NCBI GenBank assembly: GCA_963834385.1 | Contig: CAWIBO010000005.1 | Location: 192,001 to 256,000 of the forward strand | Length of the DNA stretch: 64,000 bases | Reading direction: 5' to 3' | DNA from: an uncultured Verrucomicrobiae bacterium | GTDB taxonomy: Bacteria; Verrucomicrobiota; Verrucomicrobiia; Chthoniobacterales; UBA10450 | Part shown: positions 1-10,163 of the stretch, piece after piece | How the letters are laid out: every line of letters begins with the position of its first letter | Position numbering within the stretch: the stretch's first letter is position 1 | Notes under the pieces: model-generated | Seen by the model: the letters and a program-made list of their open reading frames with translations, nothing else | Databases searched by the model: none | Told to the model about the DNA's origin: nothing | Made by a program: the position numbers and the translations under genes

Positions 1-587
1 ACTCGAAGGAAGAGCATGTGACCGAGGCCTTGTCCTCTTTTACGGGGAATCTGTTTGCCAACTCGCCCGAGCGGGCCCGCAACCTTGTGAGTCAGTTGAG
101 CGGCGAAGCACAGAGACTGGCCCTGAGAGGTGTCGGCGTCCGAGCAGACCGCTTTGTGGAGTATCACGGACCCGATAATCAGCTTTCGCCGCGTTTTGTG
201 GTGGAATGGATGTTTCAGCTTCCGCAGGCCCAATGGGAAAACAACCTGGAGAATCCGCTCCGAGAGTGGCGGGTCGCGGACGCGGATGAACTTTTTGCAT
301 GGATTAGCGAACTCCCGGCGGACAAACGAGTCGCGGTAGTCCGGGAATTCCCGGTCTATTTTTCCGGGGGCACCCCGGGCGATTTCGAATTCATTCTGCA
401 GTTGCGCGATCCTGTCGTGCGCGAGCAGCTCCTGGAAAAGCTCATGCGCACGACCGATTATGACGGCGCGGCGCTTCGTGCTGCTGTAGAACAGTCCTCC
501 TTGCCCGAAACCCAGAAGTCGCATCTGATCGGTTTGATCCCGGCTGAGAGCACGGTCGCCGCCACGGTGGGCGCTCCGACAGAATAG
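1..587 (+). CDS. Hypothetical protein, probably 5'-truncated by the window edge
   Basis: Reading frame is open from the window start to the stop at 587; no recognisable motif. Confidence 0.6.
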   Translation, partial: SKEEHVTEALSSFTGNLFANSPERARNLVSQLSGEAQRLALRGVGVRADRFVEYHGPDNQLSPRFVVEWMFQLPQAQWENNLENPLREWRVADADELFAWISELPADKRVAVVREFPVYFSGGTPGDFEFILQLRDPVVREQLLEKLMRTTDYDGAALRAAVEQSSLPETQKSHLIGLIPAESTVAATVGAPTE

Positions 588-681
588 CGTCCCGGCGTTC
601 AGCGCGCGGCCTTTCGCAAGACCCGGCAGTTTTGCGGTGGTGCGGCGTGACAAGGCGTCGTGGCTGCGTAGCGTTGCGCGC

Positions 682-1779
682 ATGTTCCTTTTCACCCCGC
701 GTTACCTGAAGCAAAGCCGGCTGCTCCTGCGGCACGCGCGCAAGGTGCTGCGTTACAAGCGCGATATTCTGCGGCCGGAACAGAAGGAGGCGCTCGAGGG
801 CAGCATCGCCGAGGTGAAAACGGCGCTGCGCGAGCGGCAACGGAATCGCATCGAAGAGACGTCGCGCCGCCTCGACGAGGTCGTGGCCGGGATCACGCCG
901 GTGACCTGGGAATCGCACTGGCGCGAGAACGTCGAGGTGATCCTCGTCGCGGTGGTGGTGGCGGTCGGCATTCGTTCCTATTTCCTGCAGCCTTTCAAGA
1001 TCCCGACCGGATCGATGCAGCCGACCCTGAACGGGATCGTGGGCCACCGCGAGATGGACCCGGCCCCGAACGTGGTCCAGCAGGCGCTCGAATATGTCTT
1101 TCTCGGGCGCAACTACATCAACGTCGTCTCCCAGCGCAACGACCGGATCGAGCAGATCGTCCCGGTGAAGTTTCTCTACTTTTTCACCTTCTCCCGCATC
1201 ATCTGCCAGGAGCAGGTCTTTCGCGTTTACTGTCCGCCCGAACAGCTTCGCCAGGATTTCAAAGTGCTGCCGGGAAACCGGATCGCTGCAGGTGAAGTCA
1301 TCGCGCGCGGCTATGTCGATACCGGCGACCAGGTTTTCGTCGACAAGTTCAGCTACAATTTCGTGAAACCGAAGCGGGGCGACGTGTTTGTCTTTCGAAC
1401 CGAGGGGGTCTCGGGGATTCCGGCCGACCCGGTGATCGGTTCGCCTTTCTACATCAAGCGCCTCACGGGCATGCCGGGTGACCGGCTTCTCATCCGGACG
1501 CCGCTCCTTTACGTGAACGGCGAGCTGGCGCGCGGGGAAGGGGTGGAGCGGGTGATGTCGGCCCGACTGCCCTATCGCGGGTATGTGCCCGGGCCGGAGT
1601 ACGACGGTCAGCCGAGCGCCGAGTTTGAAGTGTCGGAGCAGGGATATTTTGCCATGGGCGACAACAGCAACAACAGCTACGACAGCCGCTACTGGGGTTC
1701 CGTCCCGGAAGAGAACGTGGTCGGGAGCGCGCTGTTCGTTTACTGGCCCTTTGGACGGCACTGGGGCCTGATTCGGTAG
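682..1779 (+). CDS. lepB: Signal peptidase I with N-terminal helical extension
   Basis: Catalytic boxes IPTGSMQPTL (Ser), YIKRLTG (Lys), GDNSNNSYDSRYWG; TM segment before box B. Start at ATG 682 inferred. Confidence 0.93.
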   Translation: MFLFTPRYLKQSRLLLRHARKVLRYKRDILRPEQKEALEGSIAEVKTALRERQRNRIEETSRRLDEVVAGITPVTWESHWRENVEVILVAVVVAVGIRSYFLQPFKIPTGSMQPTLNGIVGHREMDPAPNVVQQALEYVFLGRNYINVVSQRNDRIEQIVPVKFLYFFTFSRIICQEQVFRVYCPPEQLRQDFKVLPGNRIAAGEVIARGYVDTGDQVFVDKFSYNFVKPKRGDVFVFRTEGVSGIPADPVIGSPFYIKRLTGMPGDRLLIRTPLLYVNGELARGEGVERVMSARLPYRGYVPGPEYDGQPSAEFEVSEQGYFAMGDNSNNSYDSRYWGSVPEENVVGSALFVYWPFGRHWGLIR

Positions 1780-1784
1780 CGGCC

Positions 1785-2951
1785 ATGTCGCGCTTTTATC
1801 CGCTGCTGGGGTTGCTCTGCGGATACGGGCTCGTCATGTGGACCAACCCGATCCACCTCGCCCTGCGCGACGGTCTGCGCTGCATCGGCCGTTACAAACG
1901 GGTCTGGCTGACCTTTGTTCTGCTGGGATTCGCTTACGCGGTCTTCCAGTTCGCCACCTTCACGCCGCTGCAGAGCTCGAGCGATCTGAACCTGCGTCAC
2001 CTCACCGGCATGCAGGAATGGGTCTGGCCGCCCTTCCTGGAGGTGTGGGGCGAAACGCCGGTGCCGGCGCTGGAAGGGGTGGCCGGCATTTTCGACAACG
2101 CCACCACGACTTATCCGCTCTCGATCGTGGCCGCCATCCTTCTCCTGGTAAACTGGCGGGGATTGCACGGCGCGCTGGTCCGGGCGCTCTGGAAACGCTT
2201 TCGATTCCTGGCCGTGGCCATCTACCTCGTGCTCCTGCTGGCCGCCTTTGCCGCCCTGCTGAAACCGGTGGTCTTCTGGAAACTGCCGGCCTGGAGCGGC
2301 GCCATTTCCACCGCGCACCTGCTCCGTTTCTCCGCCGTGACCGACTCGGTCTCGTTTGTTTTTGAGTATCTTTTTGGCGTTTACATCCAGGTTTACCTGA
2401 TCACCGTCTGCCTGGCCTGGATCAAGGGGTTGAGTTTCCAGGAAGAGCAGCTCTTTCAGTTCGCCGTGCGGCGTTTCAGTTTCGTCCTGAAGTGGGCCGG
2501 GGTGGTCGTGCTGGTGAGCCTGCTTGTCGTCCGGCTCCCCGCCCTCCTTGGCTATTTCATGGAGATTCCCGGGGTCCTTGATTTCCTGCCATTGCAACGC
2601 GCCTTAATGGGTGTGCTGATCATTCTCTTCGGCTCCGTCCAGATCTCGCTCGTGCTGCACAACGAGAATCTGCGGGAGGCCCTCCGGGCCCATTGGAATT
2701 TTCTCCGGCGCGACGCCCGGCGTTTCGGCTGGTTCCTGCTGGTCTGCGCCCTCCACTTCTTTCTCCTGGTCGCGCTCGACGCGGTGATACGCTCCGCCAT
2801 GGCCGATCGCGTCACCGCCATCATCATCTGGAAGACGCTTTACGTCATCCTGCGGGGGCTGGTCACCGGCTGGCTCCTGGCCTCGTGGGTCTGTCTCTTC
2901 CGGCAGTGCGAAACCGGCCGGATCAACGAGGAAAGCTGGATCAAGTATTGA
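1785..2951 (+). CDS. Multi-pass membrane protein of unknown function
   Basis: 388 aa with many hydrophobic helices; starts 5 nt after lepB and overlaps the next gene by 4 nt. Confidence 0.8.
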   Translation: MSRFYPLLGLLCGYGLVMWTNPIHLALRDGLRCIGRYKRVWLTFVLLGFAYAVFQFATFTPLQSSSDLNLRHLTGMQEWVWPPFLEVWGETPVPALEGVAGIFDNATTTYPLSIVAAILLLVNWRGLHGALVRALWKRFRFLAVAIYLVLLLAAFAALLKPVVFWKLPAWSGAISTAHLLRFSAVTDSVSFVFEYLFGVYIQVYLITVCLAWIKGLSFQEEQLFQFAVRRFSFVLKWAGVVVLVSLLVVRLPALLGYFMEIPGVLDFLPLQRALMGVLIILFGSVQISLVLHNENLREALRAHWNFLRRDARRFGWFLLVCALHFFLLVALDAVIRSAMADRVTAIIIWKTLYVILRGLVTGWLLASWVCLFRQCETGRINEESWIKY

Positions 2952-3781
2952 AAACGCCCGAGTCCGCGCAGGTCATCACGAGCCGGAGCAAATCCAACCT
3001 TGCCCTGGCCTTTGTCGCGCTTGATCCGGCCCGCCGCCGGGACATCACGACCTTCTACGCCTTTTGCCGCCTGGTGGACGACATCGCCGACGAACCGGGA
3101 CCGTCCGTGGCGGAGAAGCAGGCGGGGCTCGACTGCTGGCGACGGAGCCTGCATGGACCGACTGCGGAGGAGCCGCCGCTGGCGGTAGAGGTGCGCGCGC
3201 TGATGACGCGGTATCCGGTGACCCCGGCCATGTTCGAGGAGATCGTGGACGGCGTGGAGATGGACCTGCGGGTCGCGGAGTATGGCACTTTCGAGGAGCT
3301 GCGACTTTATTGTTACCGCGTGGCCAGTGCGGTCGGCCTGATCAGCATCGAGATCTTCGGTTACAAGAACCCGCAATGCCGGGAATATGCGGTGGAGCTG
3401 GGGCTCGCCCTGCAGATGACCAACATCATCCGGGACGTGGGCAAGGATCTCGAGAACGGACGCATTTATCTTCCGCGCGAGGACATGGCGCGCTGGGGTT
3501 ACAGCGCGGCGCAGTTGCGGGAGCGCGTCCATAACGAGGAATTCGTCCGGTTGATGCGTTTCGAGGCGGAACGGGCGCATGCGTTTTACGGGAACGCCGT
3601 CCGGCTGCTCCCGCCGGAGGATCGCCGGGCGATGGTGGCGGCGGAGATCATGCGCTCGACTTATCACGCGTTGTTGCGCCGGATCGAGGCGGGCGGGTTT
3701 CGGGTCTTTGACCGGGTGCACTCGCTCGGGAAAGCGGCGAAGTTATTTCACATTTCGCGGCATCTCCTGGGATTTGGCTGA
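2948..3781 (+). CDS. Squalene/phytoene synthase family protein (HpnD-like presqualene diphosphate synthase)
   Basis: YAFCRLVDDIAD, YCYRVASAVG and LGLALQMTNIIRDVGKDLENGRIYLP motifs; TTG start overlaps the upstream stop. Confidence 0.88.
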   Translation: MKTPESAQVITSRSKSNLALAFVALDPARRRDITTFYAFCRLVDDIADEPGPSVAEKQAGLDCWRRSLHGPTAEEPPLAVEVRALMTRYPVTPAMFEEIVDGVEMDLRVAEYGTFEELRLYCYRVASAVGLISIEIFGYKNPQCREYAVELGLALQMTNIIRDVGKDLENGRIYLPREDMARWGYSAAQLRERVHNEEFVRLMRFEAERAHAFYGNAVRLLPPEDRRAMVAAEIMRSTYHALLRRIEAGGFRVFDRVHSLGKAAKLFHISRHLLGFG

Positions 3782-3829
3782 ATTCAACCTTTTAACATCC
3801 CGTCGTCACCGTATATTCGTTGTCTAGTT

Positions 3830-4222
3830 ATGAAGAAATACACTCTAGCCGCGATAATGGCCGCCATGCTGGCGGCGCTCACTCTCACTTCATGTCACAC
3901 ACCCACTGGACAGGGCGCAGGCTTCGGCGCCGCCACGGGCGCCATCATTGGCGGGGCCACCACCGGTAACGTCCGCGGGGCCGCCATCGGCGCCGGTATC
4001 GGTGCGGCCGCCGGCGCGCTGGTTGGTGCGGCGGTGGAAGCCGAAGGCGGCTACTACGGTGGCCAGCCGGTCGACGCCTATCCCTACGGCCGCGTTGGCG
4101 GTGGCGGACCGGGTGTGGTGCGCAGCCCCTATCCTCCGCATGGACTGGTGGATGTCCGCGGCATTCCGCGTGGCGCCCTCGTGCGTGACCCGCACAGTGG
4201 CCGCGTTTTCCGCCGGCCCTAG
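3830..4222 (+). CDS. Glycine-zipper lipoprotein
   Basis: Signal peptide with LTSC lipobox; GAxxGA repeats. Confidence 0.8.
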   Translation: MKKYTLAAIMAAMLAALTLTSCHTPTGQGAGFGAATGAIIGGATTGNVRGAAIGAGIGAAAGALVGAAVEAEGGYYGGQPVDAYPYGRVGGGGPGVVRSPYPPHGLVDVRGIPRGALVRDPHSGRVFRRP

Positions 4223-4269
4223 GCGCAGCAGGTGATCAGTTTCGAACGGGTTGATCCGGCGCGTCCGGG

Positions 4270-5745
4270 TCAACCCGTTTGCTTTTTCAGGGTCTCGACA
4301 ATCCGCTCGACCTCGCCGGTCATCCGGACCAGTTCCGGCCATTCGCGGTGATAACCTTCCCCGGCGAGCTTGCGGGTGGCGTCAAAGCCCATGTGCGACC
4401 CGACATTCTGGTCACTCGGCGCATGGTCGAGTGAGTCGCTCGGGTTCTTGATCACGGTCGTGTCGCGGCCCGGATCGGTATTGGCACAAAGGCGGAAGAG
4501 GACTTCGCTGGTGTTCTGCACGTCGCAATCCTCGTCCACCACCACGATGTATTTGCTGAACATCATCTGGCCCATCCCCCAGAGGCCGTGCATGACCTTG
4601 AACGCCTGGAAGGGGTATTGCTTGCGGATGCTGACGAAGACGAGGTTATGGAAAACGCCCTCGGCCGGGAGGGCCATGTCCACGATCTCCGGAAAATTCA
4701 TGCGGAAGACCGGCAGAAAAATCCGGACACTGGCTTCGCCCAGGTAATAATCCTCCATCGGGGGAATGCCCACGATGGTGGTGGGATAAACCGCTTCTTT
4801 CCGGTGGGTGATCGCGGTCAGGTGGAAGACCGGGTAATCCTCCACCGCCGTGTAAAAGCCGGTGTGATCGCCGAAGGGCCCTTCGGGGCGGGTTTCGCCG
4901 GGCTGCACGTAGCCCTCGAGCACGAAATCGACATCCGCCGGCACCTCCAGGTCCACCGTCCGGCAGCGGACCATGGCGACCGATTGGCGGCGCAGGAAAC
5001 CGGCGAAGAGAATTTCATCGAGGCCGTCGGGAAGCGGGGCGGTGGCGGCGAAGGTGTAGGCGGGGTCGCCCCCGATGGTGACCGCCACCGGCATTCGTTC
5101 GCCCCGTTCGTAGTAGGTCTTGCCGTGGCGGGCGCCCACTTTGTGCACCTGCCAATGCATTCCGGTGGTGCGGTCATCGTAAACCTGCATGCGATACATG
5201 CCGATGTTGCGCTCGCCGCTCTCCGGGTCGCGCGTGTGGACGTTCGGGAGGGTGATAAAGCGGCCGCCATCCTTGGGCCAGCATTTCAGGACGGGCAGGT
5301 CGCGCAGGCTGAAGGCGGCGGACTCCCGGTCCTCAAGCAGATGGACCACTTCCTGGCAGACGGCGTCACGCGTCGATTTCGGACGGGCGTGCAGGAGATG
5401 AATTCCCTGGCGCAGGAGGCTCCATCCCTCGCGCAGGTTGGTTGGAGGCTTGGCCTTGAGGAGGAGCTGGATTTCCCGGGCGATTTCATCGATGGAGTCA
5501 CGCTGCAGGGCCAGGGCCATGCGCCGCCGGGAGCCCATGGTGTTGATGGCCACGGGAAAAGCGGAGGGCTTCCCCTCGACTAGGGGCTGCTCGAAGAGAA
5601 GGGCCTTGCCGCCCCCGGGCGCCTTCATCTCGCGGTCGGCCCAGGCGCTGACAACCAGATCGGTCTCGACCGGGGCGGTGATCCGCACCAGTTCATCCGC
5701 GCGTTCGAGCGCGTCGATAAACTGCCCGAACGAGCTGTAAGCCAT
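4270..5745 (-). CDS. UbiD-family decarboxylase (likely menaquinone/futalosine pathway)
   Basis: RNIGMYRMQ and EGPFGDHTGFY motifs; mqnE/mqnA elsewhere in the window. Confidence 0.9.
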   Translation of the reverse strand: MAYSSFGQFIDALERADELVRITAPVETDLVVSAWADREMKAPGGGKALLFEQPLVEGKPSAFPVAINTMGSRRRMALALQRDSIDEIAREIQLLLKAKPPTNLREGWSLLRQGIHLLHARPKSTRDAVCQEVVHLLEDRESAAFSLRDLPVLKCWPKDGGRFITLPNVHTRDPESGERNIGMYRMQVYDDRTTGMHWQVHKVGARHGKTYYERGERMPVAVTIGGDPAYTFAATAPLPDGLDEILFAGFLRRQSVAMVRCRTVDLEVPADVDFVLEGYVQPGETRPEGPFGDHTGFYTAVEDYPVFHLTAITHRKEAVYPTTIVGIPPMEDYYLGEASVRIFLPVFRMNFPEIVDMALPAEGVFHNLVFVSIRKQYPFQAFKVMHGLWGMGQMMFSKYIVVVDEDCDVQNTSEVLFRLCANTDPGRDTTVIKNPSDSLDHAPSDQNVGSHMGFDATRKLAGEGYHREWPELVRMTGEVERIVETLKKQTG

Positions 5746-5793
5746 CAGGTCAGCGTCGCCAGGGAGCGACCGGGTTCAGGAAGGCCGGGGCGA

Positions 5794-6315
5794 TTACGGG
5801 GCCGTGGTGGCGGCCTGCGTGGCCGGGTTCATAAACTGATACCCGACGACGCGACCGTTCTGGAAGGAGACGATGCGCGACGGCACTTCCACCGTCTCGA
5901 AGCGCGAGTAGAAGAACGGGTCGTAGAACGGATCGTAATAGCCGAAGTGATGATAACGGTAGCCGCCGCGGTGCCGGTAATAGCCGCCGCCGTAGGAGCC
6001 GAAGCCAAGGCCGAAACCGAAGTGCGGGCTGTAGGCCGTGCGCGTGGTTGTAAAGACCCAGGTCTCAATCTGGCGGCCGCGTGATCTGCCGGAGAGACGC
6101 TCTGCGGGCGAGCCCCAGGCGAGGAAAACGGCATCCTGCGACATGCCTTCGCGGATTCGTCCTTCGCGCACCAGGCCCTGGTCACGCGGGGAGAGGGTTT
6201 GGTAAAGAGCCGGGTATTGCGAGATCCGGTATTCCGTCGTGGCGCAGCCCGCCACCAGCAACGCGCCCAATGCAGTGAGGACTGCCAGCGCCCAGGAAAA
6301 GTTTCGACGCTTCAT
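5794..6315 (-). CDS. Lipoprotein (SmpA/BamE-like GMS..V...WG.P motif)
   Basis: VAGC lipobox; GMSQDAVFLAWGSP. Start MKRRNF at 6315 is preceded by TTGACG-N16-TATCCT. Confidence 0.75.
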   Translation of the reverse strand: MKRRNFSWALAVLTALGALLVAGCATTEYRISQYPALYQTLSPRDQGLVREGRIREGMSQDAVFLAWGSPAERLSGRSRGRQIETWVFTTTRTAYSPHFGFGLGFGSYGGGYYRHRGGYRYHHFGYYDPFYDPFFYSRFETVEVPSRIVSFQNGRVVGYQFMNPATQAATTAP

Positions 6316-6380
6316 AATTAACAAGGATAAGGCCGCTCCCGCGGGCGTCAAACGGTGGAAAGCTCCATCGGCCGGCAGCG

Positions 6381-7136
6381 TTACGCCTCGATCAGGGCAA
6401 TGGCCGGGGGACAGTTGAAGCGCAGCGGCACGTAAACCGTGCCAATGCCGCTGCTTACATGCATCGGTCCGTTGGGCGTACGGTAAAGGCCGAGGTCATA
6501 CCGTCCCACCCCATAGGGCACGACAAGCGCGCCCCACCCGGGCAGCCGAATCTGCCCACCATGCGAGTGGCCCGCCAGGATCAGGTCGAAGCGCCGTTGT
6601 TTCAGCCCTTCCACCATCATCGGGTAATGCATCAGGAGAACCTGCCGCGACGCGTCTGATGATGGCAGCATGTGCATGCCGCGCCCGCCGCCAATGAGCG
6701 CGAGGTCATGCCGCGGCAGATAAAGCGCGCGGTCCGCCAGCCAGGCGCCCCCGGTGGCGGCAAAGGCCTTTTCGTATTCTCGAAAATCGGCGCCGCTCCA
6801 GTAATCGTGGTTCCCCGGATTGCCGTAGACGGGCACCTTGATCTGCCGGATGAAGTCGAGCGCCTCCGGCGCGAAAGCCTTGTCCTCCACGAGATCGCCG
6901 GTGAAGCAGGCGAAGTCGGCCTGGAGCGCGTTGATGGCATCGATGACGGATGCGGCGTAACCGGCGTCGCCCTTGTAATGGAAATCAGTGAAGTGAACCA
7001 GGCGGCAGCCGAGGTTGTCGCCGGTGCGCAGCCGGCGGACCCGCAGCATTGTCGGCTCCAGACAATAAGCCTCGGCGGCGACCGCCGCGGGCACCGCCAG
7101 CGCCGCCAGGGCAAGAAAACGACGGCGCGTGATCAT
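6381..7136 (-). CDS. Metallophosphoesterase with Tat-like signal
   Basis: TDFH, TGDLV, GNHD and GHSHGGQ motifs; N-terminal TRRRFL. Confidence 0.9.
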   Translation of the reverse strand: MITRRRFLALAALAVPAAVAAEAYCLEPTMLRVRRLRTGDNLGCRLVHFTDFHYKGDAGYAASVIDAINALQADFACFTGDLVEDKAFAPEALDFIRQIKVPVYGNPGNHDYWSGADFREYEKAFAATGGAWLADRALYLPRHDLALIGGGRGMHMLPSSDASRQVLLMHYPMMVEGLKQRRFDLILAGHSHGGQIRLPGWGALVVPYGVGRYDLGLYRTPNGPMHVSSGIGTVYVPLRFNCPPAIALIEA

Positions 7137-7142
7137 CGGGAT

Positions 7143-8216
7143 TTAATCCGGGTGAATCAGCAGCTCGAAAGTTCTGCGTCCGTTGTCCGTCAGCCGGGCA
7201 TTTTCGCCGCGCCCGGCCAGCCGGCCTCCGGTGAGGAGGGAAAGATCGCCCGTGTCGCGCTTGACGAAGGTGAGGGTGGGGCGATCGACCGTTTCGTTCA
7301 GGGGTTCGATCCTTATCGGCACGCCGGTGCGGGCAAACGAGACCGCCCACGCCCGGGCGCTGCCGGCGTCGCCGCGCACGAGCCACGGATACTCGCGCCG
7401 GATGAAGAAGTTTTTGGAGTCGGGGAAGGCGATTTTGTAGAAGGTTTGCTCGCGGGCGAGGAATTGGGGCAGGGTCAGGGTGGGATCCTCCTTCTGCGCG
7501 AGGTAAAGGCCGGCGATATCGAGCCCGGCGAGGTTAAGGCCGTTGTAAATCCCGTTGTAATTGGGCTGGCCGGGGAAACAGCGGCGGTGCCAGCTCTCGA
7601 AGTTGCGGTTGAGCATCAGATTGAGCTCGAGATGGAGATGGGCCCGCTCGCGGTTAATGCCCGCGCCGGTATAGCCGAGGCGCCCAATCGCTTCGCCCTG
7701 GGCGACGCGGGCACCCGCGCGGGCGGCGATTGAGTTCAGGTGCGCGTAAAGGCTGTAATAGCTGCTGCCGCCCCATTGATGCTCGAGCACCACATAACGG
7801 CCGTAGTTTGACTGGCCCGCATGCGGATTCACGTGCACCACGCGCCCCTCGGCGATCGCCCGCACTTCATCGAGCGGTTCTCCCCGGTCATCCCGGCCAA
7901 CGCAGCGAATGTCGATCCCCTCGTGAAAACGGGAGTAAACCAGGCCGCGCCCGGTGGGAACAGGGTTGCGGACAAAGCCGTAGCGCCCGCCTTCCCACGG
8001 GGTCGAGCGCGCCCCGCGGTAGTTCCTCTCGATGTACTGGTAAAACTCCGGGCCGCCGCCGCGGTAGAGCGCGTCGTTCACGGTGGGCAGCGCCAGGCGC
8101 GGCATGTTTTCCGCCGCGCCCACGCCCGGCAGGAGCAGAAGGCAGGCGCAGAAGAACGCCCGCGCGCCTGCCGGGCGGGCTCTCCTTACTTTTTTCGCTG
8201 CCCGATCAGTGGCCAC
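7143..8216 (-). CDS. M23-family metallopeptidase
   Basis: HEGIDI, YAHL and HLHLE motifs. Confidence 0.85.
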   Translation of the reverse strand: MATDRAAKKVRRARPAGARAFFCACLLLLPGVGAAENMPRLALPTVNDALYRGGGPEFYQYIERNYRGARSTPWEGGRYGFVRNPVPTGRGLVYSRFHEGIDIRCVGRDDRGEPLDEVRAIAEGRVVHVNPHAGQSNYGRYVVLEHQWGGSSYYSLYAHLNSIAARAGARVAQGEAIGRLGYTGAGINRERAHLHLELNLMLNRNFESWHRRCFPGQPNYNGIYNGLNLAGLDIAGLYLAQKEDPTLTLPQFLAREQTFYKIAFPDSKNFFIRREYPWLVRGDAGSARAWAVSFARTGVPIRIEPLNETVDRPTLTFVKRDTGDLSLLTGGRLAGRGENARLTDNGRRTFELLIHPD

Positions 8217-8653
8217 GTCTTTCGCATCAACTCAATGTCGGCTGCGGTCAACCCGTTCTCGAGATAGAGACGGCCGTCCTGCACCCGCTGGTCGATCTGG
8301 AGCTGCGCCACCTGGCGGCCGTTGACGTAGATCACCAGCGGAGTTCCGCGGCGTTCCACGCTCAGGGTATCGAGGGCGAGCCGGCCGTGACGGTCGAGCT
8401 GCAGGAGCACCCCGAAGGAGCCGTCCCCGGCCTGGTAAGGCCGGAAGGTCTCGACATCGCGCTCCGAGATCACGGCCGTTTTCGTGATGAAAATCGTGCG
8501 GCCATCCGCGCGGGAGACAACCGGCGCGGCGAAACTGCTGGAATCGTTGGCGTTGGCCATGGTGTGCGCCCGGAACGAGGCTTTTTTCTCTTTCGCCGTC
8601 ACCGACCCGGCCAGGGCGAGGAGAAGGAGGAGGATTAGCCCGATTCGCGTCAT
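8186..8653 (-). CDS. Exported protein resembling a stand-alone SecDF P1-head domain
   Basis: Signal peptide; pattern ISERDV...VLLQLDRHGR...LVIYVNGRQVA...I...G.L....GLT. Similarity is by eye only. Confidence 0.6.
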   Translation of the reverse strand: MTRIGLILLLLLALAGSVTAKEKKASFRAHTMANANDSSSFAAPVVSRADGRTIFITKTAVISERDVETFRPYQAGDGSFGVLLQLDRHGRLALDTLSVERRGTPLVIYVNGRQVAQLQIDQRVQDGRLYLENGLTAADIELMRKTWPLIGQRKK

Positions 8654-8710
8654 GGCTGATTCTGATAAAGGGTTTGACAGGAAATGCAACGTCAGGTGAT
8701 TAGCCGCTCA

Positions 8711-9232
8711 ATGAAACGCGCCGCCATCCTCTTCGTGCTGGGGCTCTTGCTCGCTTCCGCCCTCCCGGCGCAGAACGCGGGGGAGGAGCGGCAGCGCCGC
8801 GGGCTTCTCGGCCGTCTCTGGCCCTTTGGCGGCTCCGACCTCCCTTCCTACAAGGATCCACGCCTGCGCGGCCTTGTCCTCGAGCTGACGCTGCCGGAGC
8901 AGCCGGTGAGACTCTCCGAGGTGCGGCAACTGGAGGTGCATGCCCGCCTGACCAACAAATCAAAACGGCCGATCACCCTGGAGTTTCCCACCGGCCAGCG
9001 GATCGAAATCCAGCTCCTCAATTCCACCGGCACGGTCCTGACGACCTGGTCGGACAACCGGGCTTTCAGCGAGCAGCGAACGAGCATTCTCGTGAACCCG
9101 CAGGAGCATCTCGATTACAACGAAACCATCGCCACGCGCGACTTGAGCCCGAACAAGGTCTTTATCGCGGAGGTCTTCTTTCCCGCCTACCCGGAACTGC
9201 GAGTCCGGCAGAAGTTCCTGACCGCCCCGTAA
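8711..9232 (+). CDS. Exported BsuPI-like (proteinase-inhibitor-fold) protein
   Basis: Signal peptide; LTNKSKRPITLEFPTGQRIEI...WSDNRAF pattern typical of the BsuPI family. Confidence 0.65.
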   Translation: MKRAAILFVLGLLLASALPAQNAGEERQRRGLLGRLWPFGGSDLPSYKDPRLRGLVLELTLPEQPVRLSEVRQLEVHARLTNKSKRPITLEFPTGQRIEIQLLNSTGTVLTTWSDNRAFSEQRTSILVNPQEHLDYNETIATRDLSPNKVFIAEVFFPAYPELRVRQKFLTAP

Positions 9233-10020
9233 TGGAGCGGCTATTTTCCGACTACCACAGTCACCCGCAGGGTCACCGTGTCCGACCTTACACGCAGGAT
9301 TTGTTGCAGCCTTGGGTCGACCAGGCCCGCGCCGCCGGCCTGCGCGACATCGCCCTGACCGATCACGATCGATACCTTGCCGGAATCGATTTCGACGAGG
9401 TCGACCGCCTTCGGGAGAACAATCCTGGCGTGTCGATCCGCGCGGGTCTTGAGCTCGATAACGATCCGGAGACCTCGGCCGGGGGGCGCTCGTGGGTGGA
9501 GAAGAACTGGGACCGGCTCGATTTTGTCCTCGGCTCCGTTCATTACCTCGAGCAGGCGGACCAGATGTTCGACACGGTCCCGGAGGGCGCCGGGCAGTTC
9601 GAGGGGCGCGACCCGGATGAGATTTACCGGGATTACTTTCGCCGGGTGCGCGAGGTGGCGGCGACCGGCCTGGTCGATTGCCTGTCGCATCTCGACCTGG
9701 TGAAGATTCATGGGCACCGGCCGACCGCTCCCCTGCGCGAACTGGTGGAGGAGACGCTTGATTTGATCCGGGAGCGCGACCTGGCAATTGAGCTTTCCAC
9801 GGCGGGCTGGCGCAAACCGGTCCGGGAGATGTACCCGGCGGATGACATCGTCACCCTCGCGCTGGAAAAAGGAATCGCGTTTACGACAGCGTCAGATGCG
9901 CACTCGCCCGTGCAACTGGGGGAGAATTATCCGCGGCTGCTGGAGCGCATGCAGGCGCTGGGCGTGCAGGAGATTTGCACCTACGAGAAGCACCGGCGCA
10001 CGGTGCATCGATTGGGGTAG
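9232..10020 (+). CDS. PHP-family histidinol-phosphatase (HisJ-like)
   Basis: DYHSH, TDH, GSVH, SHLD and SDAH motifs. Confidence 0.85.
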   Translation: MERLFSDYHSHPQGHRVRPYTQDLLQPWVDQARAAGLRDIALTDHDRYLAGIDFDEVDRLRENNPGVSIRAGLELDNDPETSAGGRSWVEKNWDRLDFVLGSVHYLEQADQMFDTVPEGAGQFEGRDPDEIYRDYFRRVREVAATGLVDCLSHLDLVKIHGHRPTAPLRELVEETLDLIRERDLAIELSTAGWRKPVREMYPADDIVTLALEKGIAFTTASDAHSPVQLGENYPRLLERMQALGVQEICTYEKHRRTVHRLG

Positions 10021-10031
10021 TTTTTTGGGGG

Positions 10032-10059
10032 CGTGAATCGTAAATCGTGAATGGTGAAT
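10032..10059. repeat. Four tandem heptamers (CGTGAAT consensus)
   Basis: cgtgaat cgtaaat cgtgaat ggtgaat read directly. Confidence 0.75.
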
Positions 10060-10118
10060 AGCGGCGCGGCGGGGCTGCGACGGAGATTCCTCGAGCGCAC
10101 CCTCCCTCTTTGCTTGTC

Positions 10119-10145
10119 CTCTGTGTTCTCTGCGCCCTCTGTGGT
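10119..10145. repeat. Three tandem 9-mers (CTCTGYGNN)
   Basis: ctctgtgtt ctctgcgcc ctctgtggt read directly. Confidence 0.7.
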
Positions 10146-10163
10146 GAACTCCTTTGGCCAAGG

